Part shown: positions 25,620 to 38,700 of the stretch, in pieces
Layout: every line of letters begins with the position of its first letter
Numbering within the stretch: the first letter of the stretch is position 1
DNA from: Sphyrna mokarran
Lineage: Eukaryota
DNA: 64,000 bases
Reading direction: 5' to 3'
Assembly (NCBI GenBank): GCA_024679065.1
Contig: JAGIQG010000001.1
Span: 123,132,001 to 123,196,000, forward strand
The notes under the pieces: model-generated
Told to the model about the DNA's origin: nothing
The model's database searches: none
Seen by the model: only the letters and a program-made list of their open reading frames with translations
Translations under genes and position numbers: made by a program

Positions 25620-26250
25620 TACTTTTAAATTCCAAGAGCTAAAATAGAGAGGTTATGACAAGTAAGCCTAGGAGAGTGCAATTCTAAAGAATTTAGTTAA
25701 GACAAGGGGGACATCAAAGGGAAAAACATATTTAAGGGGATACTGAAACCTATGCAAGGGGGCTAGTTTAAATCTCAACCAACAGCAAGATAGATGCTCA
25801 ACTCCTAGCAAGCAGCCTGTGAAGGAAGTCAGATTTGAAAAGCCAATTGCTGGTTAGACCTCAGAAGGTCTAACTCCAACCGACATGAAGGCACTGTGTG
25901 GTTAAAAAGTTGTTAGATTTTTATAGATCTTAATATCTATAAAATGTTGTGGAACAAATTGGGGAGCATTAGCTCTGCAGGTAGTTAAGATTGTTTGTAA
26001 CTGTTTAAAATAGTAATATTATGTAAAGCAGTTGTATTATCTAAATATACTTCTGGTTTAGTTGACTTTTTTCTGTTTCTTAATGAACTATTACTTTGTT
26101 GAAAATCATTACAAAGAGCCGGGGACATAATTTCCAGATTTCTAACCTCTCCTCATAATATGTGAATTGCAAACACCTTTGAGCGTAATTGTTTCAAGTT
26201 TCCCTTCTGGGAATTGAGCAACTTGGCATTTGCCATTAGCCATACCCTTA
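25620..26250 (+). repeat. LTR-like unclassified repeat
   Basis: Layout similar to 10595-11502 and 17280-18236; no coding motifs. Confidence 0.28.
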
Positions 26251-26339
26251 AGATAATGTTGTATCAACGATATGATGCCTCATAATTCCTAGGGTGCCAA
26301 GGATAGCCCTCACAGAAACTCTGAAGATGTACTGATAGT

Positions 26340-26545
26340 GTCCAAGGATGTATAGATCAGGTGGATTAGCACTGATAAATGCATGGAGCTGTGGTGTGGG
26401 GATGGGGGCTGATGAGGGTGAGGGAGGGAGTGGGGGAGAGTGGTGGGAGTAATGGTATATACCTAGGTAAGATGTTCTTTCAGAGAGTCAGTGGAATTAT
26501 GATGGGCAGAGTAGCCTCCTTTTGCACTGTAGGGATTTATGGTTT
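26340..26545 (+). mobile_element. 3' half of an HE1-like SINE
   Basis: gtccaaggatgtatag..ggtggattagc...gatgggcagagtagcctccttttgcactgtagggattt. Confidence 0.75.
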
Positions 26546-27909
26546 TACAGTTTAAGCCAGGGAGTAGCGAGCAATCCCAATTATAATACCAAATCCTGTT
26601 TTCGACACTGAGACACCAGCCTAATTAAAAGTACGTGGGAACATAACATTAACTTCTATTTTGCACCATATAAAAATAGACCATTACAAAGAAGAATGCA
26701 GGTCATAAAAAAACAAGCTTTAATATTGTTTGATTACTTATAAAGTGATAAACGAAGTAGCACCTTGGCATTCTCCAACTTTTCGCTATCGGTCATATAA
26801 ATTCTTCTCAGTTTCTGAAGCAAGTTGAGTAAGTCATCAATGCAGATTATTGATTTAATTTTGTAATCAATATTTGCTATCTTGACTATTTCCATTTCAC
26901 AGTCAATCTCTTGTTTGATCCCAATAGTACTGGAGCCATAGTATTACATTTGATTTTCTGTGCATAAGTCTATTCTTTCTTTCTAATCCAAAACCAAAAA
27001 TTTAACCAATTTTCTTTATAAGAATCAACGTACATCTTATTCTCTTTCAACTTGTGTTATAATGGAAAATGTATGGGGTGGCTGTTATTTATAGCAATCG
27101 TGAGTAGGAAGAAATGGAAGAGAGGATTTTCGTGGTCTATTTACCACTGGCACAAATCTGATTATGGCTGAAAATTCTTGTTTAAGTTCTTCCTCATTCC
27201 CTGCTGGCAATGTATTCATGTTAATGCTCTGAAAGGGTGGGGACTGATGCTGGGTGGATTGATGGGGGATACACGTGTGTTGGGTGATGACCCAAACATG
27301 GCAGAGGTGGGGAAGTTGCTGCATTTTGATCAAAGGATTGGGAATGTTCCACTTGTTTGCAGGGGATCGAAAAGTCCAGGGTGGGGGGATGAAATCTGAG
27401 ACTTAAAGGATGCTCCGAACTCTGTGGGGCCTATGAAGCCTCACCCTACCAAAATTGTAACACAAGATACGCCCCAAAAAAGCACAGACTTTTTTTTTAA
27501 CGTATGTGTCAGAAAATCTGGGATGAAAACCTGATTGTGTTTCTGGAGAAAAAAATGCTAGTTTTCATTCAGAACCTGACACTCGCATTTTCTTTGGAAA
27601 ACTCCACACGTCATTCTGCAAAAATGGGGTTATGTATCTATGTAGAGTGAGATTGCAAAAACATTAAACGTCATTAGGTAAGCAGCCCATTGATTTTCAC
27701 ATTTAAATGGTTGTTTTGGAACAGCATGGGAAATCCCTGAGGAAACAAAGTATGTTTAAAAAAACCATTGACTGAAGATTTTACAACGCATTCAGGCTTT
27801 AATGTCAGCACATGGGTTTGCCAGACTGTAAATTCACTGGGGTCAACAAGGCAAAAGGAAAGTAGGGATTGATGGAACTGTGAAATTGACAGGCTACAAA
27901 GTGTTGAAA

Positions 27910-28097
27910 TCATAGAATCCCTACACTACAGAAAGAGGCCATTCGGACCATCAAGTCTGCACTGACCATAATCCCACCCAAGTCCCACCCCCACATCCTA
28001 CATATTTTATCCACTAACCTTCTAAGCTGTGCATCTTAGGACACTAAGGGACAATTTTATTACTACGGCCAATCAATCTAACCCGCACACCTTTGGT
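27910..28097 (-). mobile_element. 3' half of an HE1-like SINE
   Basis: catagaatccctacactacagaaagaggccattcgg...aacccgcacacctttgg. Confidence 0.8.
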
Positions 28098-28204
28098 CTG
28101 CATATGCAAGCGCAGTTACTTTTTTGCCTAAAGCTTTTGCTCAGAGGATTTGTTGTGGGAGTGTGTTTCACTACCTTAGAGGTGATTTTCAACATTTTGA
28201 AGGT

Positions 28205-28362
28205 CAATAAGAAACTAGGTGTAGTTCTTGGGGCTAAAGGGATCAAAGGATATGGGGGAAAGGGGGGATCAGGATATTGAATTCGATGATCAACCATGGT
28301 CGAAATGCATGGTGGAGCAGGCTCAAAAGGCTGAATTGCCTACTCCTTCTGGTTTTTATGTT
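28205..28362 (+). mobile_element. CR1 3' UTR fragment
   Basis: gggatcaaaggatatggggg...gatcaaccatggtcgaaatg..ggagcaggctcaaaaggctgaattgcctactcct. Confidence 0.8.
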
Positions 28363-28529
28363 TTTAGTTCTGACATCTTGGACTTTTTCTTACTGAAATC
28401 TGCGCTTTCCAGTTCCCACTTTCACAGCAGCAATGGGAAACAGCTCCACCTTGGAATTCTGATGATGAGCAAGCGAAGCAGCAGCAGCAACCTTCTTCTA
28501 AACCACCAGCTGCTACACAAACAGTTATT

Positions 28530-28735
28530 GAGATAATTGCTGAAAGACTCAGCAGGTTTGGCAGCATCTGTGGAGAGAGAAACAAATTTAATAATTCAGG
28601 TCCGCATGATTCTTTTCAGACCTCTTTCTAGCTTTGAAGAAGAGTCGCACAGACTCAAAATATTAAACTCTTATTGCACCATAAATGCTACCAGCTCTGC
28701 TGAGATTTTAGAGCATTTTCTGCTTTTATTTTAGA
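28530..28735. mobile_element. Penelope-derived inverted terminal repeat (palindromic mini-element)
   Basis: tgctgaaagactcagcaggtttggcagcatctgtggagagagaaac is mirrored by atgctaccagctctgctgagattttagagcattttctg, with a central gaagaagagtc..gactc. Confidence 0.65.
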
Positions 28736-28924
28736 TTTACAGCCCCTGTAGTATAGTGCTTCTATCTCCAGAATTATTGGAGTTATTTAACGATGTAACA
28801 GGTGGGATAGATAAAGTATGGGGGGGGGGGGGGGGGGGGGGGGCGGAGGGGAGCGGAACCAGTAAATACTGTGTAATTGGAGACAGAATGCAGAAATCTG
28901 CATACAGACATTTCTGGGTATCCT

Positions 28925-29582
28925 CAAACTTTAGCATGCAGTCATAGCAATCAGTTAATGAGGTGAATGAAATTTGGCCTTTATTGCAAGGAGGATGGAG
29001 TATAAAAATAGGGAAGTTTTGTTTCAACTTGATAGGGCATTGGTGGGACAACATCCTCATTTAAGGAGGAATATACTTGCATCACAGCAGCTCAGAAGAG
29101 TTTCACTAAATTGATTCATGAGAGGATGGGGTTATCTAGTGAGGAAAGATTGAGTAGATTGAGACTGTACTCATTGGGGTTTAAAAGAATGAAAAGTGAC
29201 CTTATTGGAACACACAAGCTTCTAGAAGCTTCACAATGTAGATAGCGAGAGTATGTTTCCCCTCAGAGAAAAATCTAGAACTAATGGCCAGAGTTTGAGA
29301 ATAAGGGGTCTCCCATTTAAGATGGTGTTGAGGAGGAATTTCTTCTCTCAGTGTGTCATTAAGTTAGAAAATCTCTACTCCAGACAGTAGTAGAGATGAA
29401 TGATTGAGTATAGTCAAGCTGAGTTAGACAGATTTTTAATGAAAAAGGAAGTGAAGGATTTTGGAGGCTTAACAGCAAAATGGACTTGAGACTCTGATCT
29501 GATCAGCCCTGATGTTATTGAATGTGGGACAGGATCAAGAGGCTAAATCACCTACTCCTGCTTCTATTCCTTATGTTTTTAT
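28925..29582 (+). mobile_element. Degraded CR1 3' portion
   Basis: ggcctttattgcaagg..ggagtataaaaatagggaag, tttaaaagaatgaaaagtgacct, tail cctactcctgcttctattccttatgtttttatg. Confidence 0.85.
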
Positions 29583-29589
29583 GATGCAC

Positions 29590-29812
29590 AGGACAGATAC
29601 TACAGAACTCACATGAATACAAGAGTGGTCACTGAGCAAACCATTGGGCTGCTGAAGATGCTGGTCAGATGCTTCAACAGCTCTTGGAGCATCTTCAGTA
29701 TGCAACAAGGGAGTCCCAAATGAATTATCTATTGTACCTTGCATATCATGACATACCAGAATGGAATAGAGCTGCATGCACATGAAAGTAATAACTATGC
29801 TGCATCTTTGAA
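29590..29812 (+). pseudogene. PIF/Harbinger (HARBI1-like) transposase C-terminal relic
   Basis: Reads RYYRTHMNTRVVTEQTIGLLKMLVRCF..LQY, matching the Harbinger DDE motif YN..H..TR..IE..FG.LK.RFRCL....LQY; the 5' part is absent next to a CR1. Confidence 0.75.
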
Positions 29813-30763
29813 GGAAGGGGAATAGCAATTAGAAGGAGGAGGTTGTGCTTTTTGTGCCAAGTTCTCTCCATTCGCATATCCAGTTGCTAATAATTCACCA
29901 GACTGTGTTATGTGAGCATGGTATAGCTAGTTTGAGGCTGTGAAGACCTGTGGCTTATCAATAATGACTCCAATATCCTTTACCTCCCTCACTTCAACAC
30001 AAAGCATTCCCACAGTCCACTCACTGATACTAGCTGCTCAACTTCAATCTCTTTCATGCTATCATACCATTTACCTAAAAGCCTATGTTCACTTTGCAGA
30101 CAAGAGGAAACATTGGTGATGACTGGAAAATGGGTACCTAAGATAAAGTTTATGTTGCTTAACAATTATAATATCATGAACAAATTAACAGACATTTAAA
30201 TAACTAAGTAACTTGCCTGTGCCATTTCAAATCCTTTGTTTTCTTTTTTCTACCATACTTAAATGATGCTCCACTTATCACTTCAGCAACACTAAAGACA
30301 GGCTGCTCAGTATCCTGTCCCTGTTTGTAACTAATGTGTCCTCTGAATTTTGTAATCCACTACAACAACATAACTATAGCCTCGGATGCCCCACCAAAGT
30401 GTGTGTATTTTAGTTGGTAGATGATGGTGAGTCATTTGATGCTGTAATCTCAGAATGTACCAATCTTCTCTGGCAGCAGCTGTTGTGTCACTGGTTGGCT
30501 GAAGGATGCCCGAGAGATGAACAATATGAATTAGAACCAGTAAGTGTTAGGTTGCAGAGTCATCATTTTGCTGATGATGTTTCAATTGAAGATGACAACA
30601 TGTCAAAATAAATATTTATGTGCCATGTGGTGCTGTATTATCTAATTCTGCCACAGGATATCTGGGAGACCTCTATCTCCAGTGGACAGGTACATTGCAA
30701 TTTGGGTGATTCCCAATGTGCAGTGGTCAGGATGGCACCAACACGAGGACAAGTTCTTTCTGT

Positions 30764-32220
30764 TGTGATATCACTTTAAGGAATATGCAAATTAGCAAGT
30801 AACCAGGATTAGGATAGCATGTGACCAACAGCTAATATAGTGTGTGTAGAATTGCAACTCTGCTATCTTTGTGGAAAATAGTCATTGAATCTATAAAATA
30901 GACCTGAATGCTGAATCATTCTTGAAATTATCTTCAAATAAACTGATCATACATCTAGTTTACCAATATTGTGTGTGAAATTGGTAGGTTTGTTTATTCA
31001 AAGCAAATACAGAAATATAACATGATGGCAGTGATGTGAATTTGAAAACCAGAAAAAGAGTCTCAGAGGCTATATGCACGTTGAAATCCTGGGAGAAAAA
31101 GACCTCTACATGCAGTGCTTTGCAGAACAGTGAATACTTAATTTGTTGACCACTTTATGGGAGTGGTTAATGAGAGCAACAAGTTAGTTAGAGTTTTGTT
31201 GTGCAGCTAGTTTTGAATCAGGTAGAAAAAGTTGCAATACCATTGTGATATCCTCAGGCAGCATTCTGGGGCAAAATACAAAACTTAGCAAAATTAAAAA
31301 AAAATCCAAACTGCAACAAAAGAAGAAGAGTGATGGGAAAATAAAACACAGAAGTTGCATTAATGAATCTCTCCACGCAGTAGAGGTTGCAAATTCCCAA
31401 TACCAACAAATTCTCTAGCATGAATTGGATGTTCTATCAAAATGTAGGTTTTTCAAACACAAGATGGAACTATGCTCTTTAATTTTATCTATCAGAAACA
31501 AGGTAAACAAGGGGTGAAAATAAAGATAGCCATTGAAACAAGAGATTGCATCCAGTCAACATTTGGATCAGAAGGCCCCTGTTAAGCTATGGAACCTGCT
31601 GGAGGATTACCTCTGGTTAAAATGAACTTCAGAATTCACTGTTTGAAACTGATGTTCAACAGACAGTCATCACTGAAATCAAATGATCAGTTTGTCAGTA
31701 GGTGGAGTGATAAATGAAAGGAATATGATTTTTTGGAAGCTGAGCTGTCTGAATGGTGAATGAAACTGCTTATAGCTTTGACACCAATTAAAACCTTCCA
31801 AGAAAATCTTTAAGAGAAAAGAAAGGTTACAAAATTGACATACTGCTGAAAAGTGGCAGAAAATACAAAGTCATCAAGCCTATAAGCATTAGGTACAGCT
31901 ATAAATGTTGGTGCAGGAGTGAGGATGCAGAAAGCAAGCAGGCCACATTGAAATTGTGCATTTACTGCACTCACCATGAAGTTGTTCTGCATTCCTAGAT
32001 CTTTGGATGGTATGTGTTCTAAAAAGATATTGGGTTCACCTATGTAGGAAATCTGGACATGGATGTGCCACTAGAGGTTATAATAAGGTACAATCAAACA
32101 GAAACATACTGGTAGCAATAACAGAGAGTGCACCAGAAACACGCTTAAGAGCAAGCACAGGCACAAGATTAGTGGCCAGACAGACCAGTGTGAAGACTCA
32201 CAAGCCTTGTATGCTATGAA
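30764..32220 (+). mobile_element. Gypsy 5' LTR plus degenerate gag (truncated)
   Basis: LTR tgttgtg...ataaca (30764-31022) with tataaa and aataaa, PBS-like tgatggcagtg, gag-like NFRIH.L..DQFVSR, and zinc-knuckle relic WVHLCRK at about 32025. Confidence 0.65.
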
Positions 32221-32223
32221 CAT

Positions 32224-32800
32224 GGGTGGAATTATCCCAGATTTCTAAGTGCCGATTTCATGTAAAAATTGGAGTAAATCCTGCTGCTTTTCCAGTCGGA
32301 TTTTCAAAATTAATGATCCACACTCTGTGCATCACTAAGAGCCTTAATCACGCTAAAAAGCTGGAGGTGGGGCCTATTCCCGCTGGAGAGGCCGGCAGCA
32401 TAGCACTGAGTGGACTACTGCGCACGCGTCGATCTGTCAGTGCTAAGATCGGCATGTCCACAGTAGCCCCGATCACTGGCCAGTTCAGTCGCTGGCCAGC
32501 ACAATAATCGCTGTGCATCCCCACCCCTGCCACACGGGTCTCCCCAACTCCCCAATCACTGGCCTCCCAGACATTTCCGAGCTAGTCCCAACTTGATGTT
32601 CAGTTGACAGTGCCAGTTTGTCACTTGGGCAGTGCCAGGGGATCAGGCTGGTCCTGCCAAGCTGGCAGTGTCCAGGAGGCATCCCTTCCTTACCCTGACC
32701 GCCTGGGGCATCGCCATGCCCCCTTTATTCCAGTGAGATCAGGCTGCCAGCTTCCTGCTAGTGGGAAGTTATTGTAAACCCCATTGGAGTGAAACACACC
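32224..32800. mobile_element. MITE-like element, family of 15139-15929
   Basis: Begins gggtggaattatccc; internal homology to 15400-15900 in the opposite orientation. Confidence 0.7.
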
Positions 32801-32954
32801 TGTTATTGCTACCAGTATGTTTTTATGGAATTCTTTCAACATAACAGTCATCAAAGGATGACTATGAGAGATGGGTGTAAGATAACACGATGAAGGTGAA
32901 TGTCAGGTAGGGATGTATGGACTTGTTAGGAAAAGCAAATGTCCACTCTGCAGC

Positions 32955-33060
32955 CTCTGATGAAGGACCACCTAGACTCAGAATATTAGCTCTATTCTCT
33001 CCCCAAAGAAAATGTTAGACCTGCTGAGATTTTCCATTGTCTGGCTTTGTTGCTGTTATT
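32955..33060 (+). mobile_element. Penelope terminal repeat fragment
   Basis: ctctgatgaagg..gactcagaatattagctctattctcccc..gacctgctgagattttcca. Confidence 0.55.
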
Positions 33061-33574
33061 TATAATCCGATTTAGTTTAATGTTTTAAAAACAGAAAATA
33101 TGTAAAATGCACAGCAAGTTGATCAGCTTATAAAAACATAAAATTGTAATGTGCTTGTTAAAAATGAATGAACAACCTCATGTGCCCAGCAGGGTGTGGA
33201 GAATGCATGATTTTTGTGTCCATTAAGGTTTTGAAATTCATCATTGCTTCAAAATAAAGCTGTTATGTACTTGCTTGGTTTGTGTTTCACTTTGCGTTAT
33301 AAATTAGTAACTCAAAGGTTGGGGCTCGTGTCTGGGGGCTTAGATTCAAATCCCACCACATTCAGATTCCAATATGGTTGATTGGTGGATTGAAAATCAA
33401 TATTTGAAGATGACAGAGCAAGTTGACAAGAATTTCATAAGCATAAGGGATCAATGACTTTGGAAGTTATGATAAGATTTTACAAAGCACTAGTTAAGCC
33501 TCAGTTGGAATGTTCTGAAAAGTTTAGGAAAGATGTCGAGGCCTGAGAAGGGGTGTAGAAAACATGTATTAGAG

Positions 33575-34198
33575 TGTTGATGAAAATGGAGACATGCTGT
33601 CGAAGCTTTAAGTCTTGCATACATCTGGAAGATTCACAAGAATCTGAAAGGGAACAACAATTTATACTGCATGGAAGAAGAGCGCTGATTGATTGACAAG
33701 TGCACTCCTGATTGGTACAAAGAACAAATCAGCACAGAAAACAGGCCCTTCGGCCCAATGAGCCCGCGCCACCACCCCGATGTTCCCACCTTACCTGTGA
33801 TCCCTGTCTATGTTTATAGATCTATGGATTAAAAACCAAATTTGAGACAATTTAGGGAGAATTTGTTTTGCCAATTAGCCTAAGAGCACATCTTTGGGAT
33901 GTGAGAGGAAACCGGAGCACCCGGAGAAAGTGGCACTGCCATGAAGAACAAACCAGAGAATGGCTGCCCCCAAGCTTTATTTAGTTGAAAATGACCCAAT
34001 ATAGACATGTGTTATTTCTGTTCACAAAGAACATGGCCCTCTTTTCAAATACATGTCCACCACCAAGTCCACTTATCAATGAATCAGCACCCACTTCTCC
34101 TGCAGTATAAATTATTATAACTTTATTTCATATTCTTGAGAATCGGCCTTGATGAGTGTAGGGCAAAAGTTTAGACAGCCTGTCCTTTTCTTCAGCAG
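33575..34198. mobile_element. Penelope-like element with long imperfect inverted ends
   Basis: 33575-33715 (gatgaaaatggagacatgctgtcgaagcttt..aatttatactgca..gctgattgattgacaagtgcact) mirrors 34060-34198 (agtccacttatcaatgaatcagc..tgcagtataaatt..gacagcctgtccttttcttcagca). Confidence 0.65.
33716..33929 (-). mobile_element. 5'-truncated V-SINE with the third tail type
   Basis: V-domain end (gaggaaaccggagcacccggag) joined to the tail shared with 2735-2902. Confidence 0.85.
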
Positions 34199-35799
34199 AT
34201 TTTCTAACATGGTATTGGGATTGAGGATCCTCAGTTGCATGGGGAAATTGGAGAAGCTGGGGGTGCACCCCCTTAGTACAGATTTGAAAGAAGTGCTCAG
34301 AATCATGAATGGGTTTGATCAAGTAAAAGTGGCACCACTGACAGAAAGATTGGTAATTGCAGGGCCTAGATTGGCCCCATGAGCAAGCAATTTGTACGAG
34401 TTGTTGTCATCTGGAATGCATTGCCTAAAAAACTGATGGAAACAGATTCAATGTTGACATTTAGGAAAGAATTAGTTTTAAAAAAAGGGTGACGGGGAAA
34501 TATTGAAGGAGTGAAATTTATTATAAAGCTATGCTACACACTGAAACAGGTATGATGGGTTGAATAGCTCTTTGGGTTCTGAAGTTTTCATAACATTCTA
34601 TGATCCTGCGACTTATGTTGCTGTAAAGCCTCAAATCTTGCCTTTATACTTTTGTAGTGAACCACACTGTTAGTTGTATATGGATGTATTATTAATGGAA
34701 TTCACTTTGAAAATTATTGGCCTGAATATACTCATTGGTTTTAAATTTAATTTCTGATTTTAATCACAAGATTCTGACACTTTTGACCAACATAAAGTGA
34801 ATTTGTTGCATGCTATGTATTTTTAATAAATTTATCTGCACTTATTTGAGACAACGCATAATATTAAATGAACTGTTAGTGTATGGAAGCACTCACTAAA
34901 TTGGATAGTTTGTATGTTAGCTGCTGGAAGTATTCCCTTGCTATTTTGCTCAGCAGAAAATATATTGGTAAGTTCCCAAGGCATTCTACTTTGCATCTTG
35001 CCCTGATCCTAATTAAGACCAAGTAACTAGCAGTGTTTTTTTTCCTGACAACCTGATTTGTTGCTGTTAAATTTGACAGCCGGGGAGCAGCATCTGCTGG
35101 AGCTTCAGATCCAAGAGGTCTCTCCAGGTTTGGAAACTTGACATCTCATTGCAGAAGTGGGAACTGAATGTCATTTTACTATCAACCTGCATGATCACCT
35201 TTGTGATTAAAGGGTACACAAGAACACACAGTTTTTCTGCAGAATGACTAATACAGTTATCATGGTGCTGTCTTCAAATACATTTTTGTGCCTTGCTGCT
35301 TCAAATTTTATTGAATGACTGTGGAGATATTAGATTCTACGTTACAAGACTATTGAATACCTTTGAAGCCAAGCATTAAAAAAAAGCATTATCTTGAGAA
35401 ATTCAAGAGGGGTAATCCCTTGGCTCCCTATTTTTATTATGCTGCTTGATTCCTACTTCTTAGAACAAATAAATATTTGATTATACTGCATCAAAATTTA
35501 GGATTTCTCTGACTTAATAACACAGGAGTTATTATTCACAGGAGATTCCTAATGCAAGAAGATGGGACTGAAAGAAAATTCAGCTTGATTGAAGTGGATG
35601 TAACATCTCTTTAAGAATTGCTTTTCTGCAAATATTCTGTACCTTGTCAATACTCCTGGATTATTCTTGAGTTTCTAGGACTTAAAGATTGATCTCCTTG
35701 CTGTGAGCTCCCCAAGAGAAAGATTATTTAGGCATAAAAAAAGAGTGAAAGTTCATTTGACAGAAATTCAAAAATCATCTAAACAAGTAACAAAGGGAA

Positions 35800-38700
35800 G
35801 ATGAATAAAAATCTTCCAAATCAGGAGCATTGCCCGCATCCAGAAACGTTTAATTGGCCATGACGTTGTGGGTGGCATTCCCGACATCATTATTAATGGC
35901 AGACTGATGGGTTTAAAAACTGGAAACCTACACATAATGTTTAAATAGTATTAAAGTGGGTGTTTAGGATCGTTGATGACCCAACTCACTGCCGTAATCA
36001 TGAGCCAACAATAATACATCTACAGAATTAAATTTATGCCATGTATGGTTCCTTTTTTTTTTGAAGAGAAAACTTGTAAGGGTGGATTGAAAAGCTTCAG
36101 CTGAGCCCCGAGTCTCTGTTTAACAGTTCAAAGGTATGTAACAGCTTTTTAACGTGTTTCTAAGTTCTCTAGTGCAGTGCTCCCTTTGCTGCTGCATTGG
36201 AGAGTGGCTGCTGATCTGCAACCTCTTTTGCCCTGGATGACTTCAGCAGGCATCCTCTGTGTGGCTGTGGCTTTGGGTGGCCTGCCACTCTAGAAGACCT
36301 TTGCTGAGAGCTAAGAGAATCTAAGTCTCTGCAGCACTACTTGAGGATGGTACCAATGGTGCATAGACAGAGAAGATGACGTCCCTATCAGAATCGCCCT
36401 GACAGATGGTTCCTGATGGCAGCAGCTGCTGCTCATCCTCCAACAGTTAACTGCCAACCGATGTTGTCTCAGATGTTGGGTATGTAACCGTACTCCCACA
36501 TGCCCTGTCTTCCTTGTAATATATGTATATATGTTGGGGTTTGGTTTGTGTACTGCCCCTTTAAGTGTGCATGTCAAATGATCCATGATGGATTAGCTCC
36601 TCCCAGTGTCGGTCCAGTTGTGTATCTTAGATCTGACTATGGAACAGTGCACACCTACAATTAAGAGCTCCCAATGTTCAAGTTACCAAGCCTACCACAT
36701 GGTTCTTTTGACACCATAATTTGATAAGTACACACATAACAGCTCTGGCTTTGGATTCAAGTTCAGAACCTGTGCGATGGTGTACAGCCGGAGCACGTAC
36801 CAATAGTTGCATCTACAATAGTCTCAGTTGCCCCTTCACATCAAACGTCCATCTGTCCTGGAGGAAGCTTGATATTCCAAAGAATGGGTGATCACGGTAC
36901 ACAAGGACTAGATGGAGTTATCTACAGTCTGGGCCAGATCACGTAATCCTCTGGTATAGCCCTGAAAGCTTCACAGACCTTGCATTGGGCATCCAGCACC
37001 TAACATTTTATTGAACACTCCAGGAAACTCTTCATCTGACTTGGACTCATTCTGGATCACCCTAGACTGCCTGTGGCACTTTCAGGCAGCTGCACATATG
37101 ATTGTGAAATGCCCTCATCAGTGTCCATGATCTGATGTCCTAATCCCCACCAACTTGCCAGTGTCTGCAGTGGTGCTTGGGGTAGCAAGAGGTTGTAACT
37201 TTGTATCCTCTGAGGGTTTTTCCTGCTCCTCCTCCGAGGAGAATGGTGGTGGGGCAGCAGAGGAGGGTTTAACAAAAAGCCTTCACTGTGACAATGAGAC
37301 ATAAGTCAGGGGTTAGTGACATTAAGGACCTTGCCACATCAGTGCAATGACAAGCTCTGCGACATTATATATGTCCAACATAAGGAATGAAATTCTGCAG
37401 ACACAGTGGATACATCATTTGAAGCTTCCGATAATGAAGCTTGATAAGGTTCCAGTGTCTGAACTCTATTAGCAAGGTTCATTGAATCATATTGAACTTG
37501 CACTTTCTCTCCCACTTTCTCTCTCCCTTTTTCTGTCTGATTGAGCTTTTTGTCATCTTAGCAGATCCTGGCCTTCTTCCAATTTCACCTCTGTCAGTGG
37601 TCCAGAGGACCGTGTGTCCGTCAGCATTAGTACCTCCTCTTCAAAAGGATTGGACTGACTACATTTGGAATATACTCTCCTGTCTGGGCTCATTCACAGG
37701 CATTGTGGGGTCACTTCTTTTAAAAAGATATACAAGTGTGCATTCATTAACAATTTTAGGTTATGAGACCAAACATTTATTAGCAAATTGAATGGCAGCC
37801 TGGAAGCTGTGCGTTCAGCAAACTCCCCATAATTTAACCAAAGCTTTAGGCACACAATAACATAATTGCTTACAGCACTGTCTTTATGCTGCTTTGAAAC
37901 TCCAGCCAACTCACATTCCTCCTGCATTTGAGATGGCATCCTGGAGCACACCGGTATAGTATTGCAGATATTGAGGAATTACTTGCTCTGGATACTCTCG
38001 TGAGATCCTTGAGCTTTTTCTGGCTTTGGGACCGTGTTCTCCTGATGAGCCCAACACTGCTGATCTCCTCAGCCATCTGCTTCCAGACAGCAAATTTTTA
38101 GTTTGACTTCCTCCTTTTCCAAATGTTGGGCATAAGCTGCTCACATTGGTTGGACACCGCACTGATCTGTAAGAGTCCTCGTTGAATCGAGGGGCTGGTT
38201 TAGCCTATCTCCTCTACCTCTCCCCTTGATCAAATAATGTAGGCATCTGTGGAAGAAAACATACAACTACTGGACCACAGACCAATAAAAACATGTGGAA
38301 AATGTGTTCAGGTTGTGAAATACTGCCACCTCTGCTCAGTGCCAAGTTTAGAGACAGCAGACCTTAGAATTATAAACACTCACCTTAAAAGTCTGGAAAT
38401 AGCTGAACTCCAAATGATCCTGCAAATTGTGCACAAAGCCAGCATTTACTGGGTTCTCTGATGTTGTTCCATATCAGGGGACCTCAGATATTGGACATGC
38501 TGCTCTATCACTGAATTGGGTGAGAAGAAGGCCTCAAAACCTCCCTGGAAATTAACAAGCACCAACTGATGCGTTATTGAATGCATTTTGAAGGTGGGCC
38601 TAGAAGTTGGAACATAATCATGTGATCATCACCATCTATCACCAAGCTAGGTAGTCAGAGGTGGGCTGTCACCATTCCAGGCATTCCATCCCCAGACTTT
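35800..38700 (-). mobile_element. Degenerate Harbinger element carrying a Myb/SANT-like ORF relic
   Basis: Minus strand 38198-37980 reads PAPRFNEDS...WKQMAEEISSVGLIRRTRSQSQKKLKDLTRVSR (trihelix/Myb motif W..A......RT..Q..KK..DL), followed by a donor-like gcaagt. Boundaries are approximate. Confidence 0.65.
36515..36741 (+). repeat. Probable solo Gypsy LTR
   Basis: tgtaat...cccctttaag...cataaca, bounded by TG..CA. Confidence 0.5.

Larger units (their letters stand above)
33400..34602 (+). mobile_element. Degraded CR1 3' portion interrupted by nested insertions
   Basis: tacaaagcactagttaagcctcagttggaa (33481), resuming at about 34200 with gaggatcctcagttgc..ttggagaagctggg; CR1 tail at about 34545-34602. 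Confidence 0.7.

Noticed and set aside
28820-28843. 24-nt poly-G run (a shorter one is at about 1948)
   Set aside because: Simple homopolymer whose length is error-prone; G-quadruplex potential alone is not evidence of function.
33300-33340. tggggctcgt, resembling a tRNA-Pro PBS after an AATAAA
   Set aside because: Short imperfect match with no gag/pol downstream; not enough to call a provirus.
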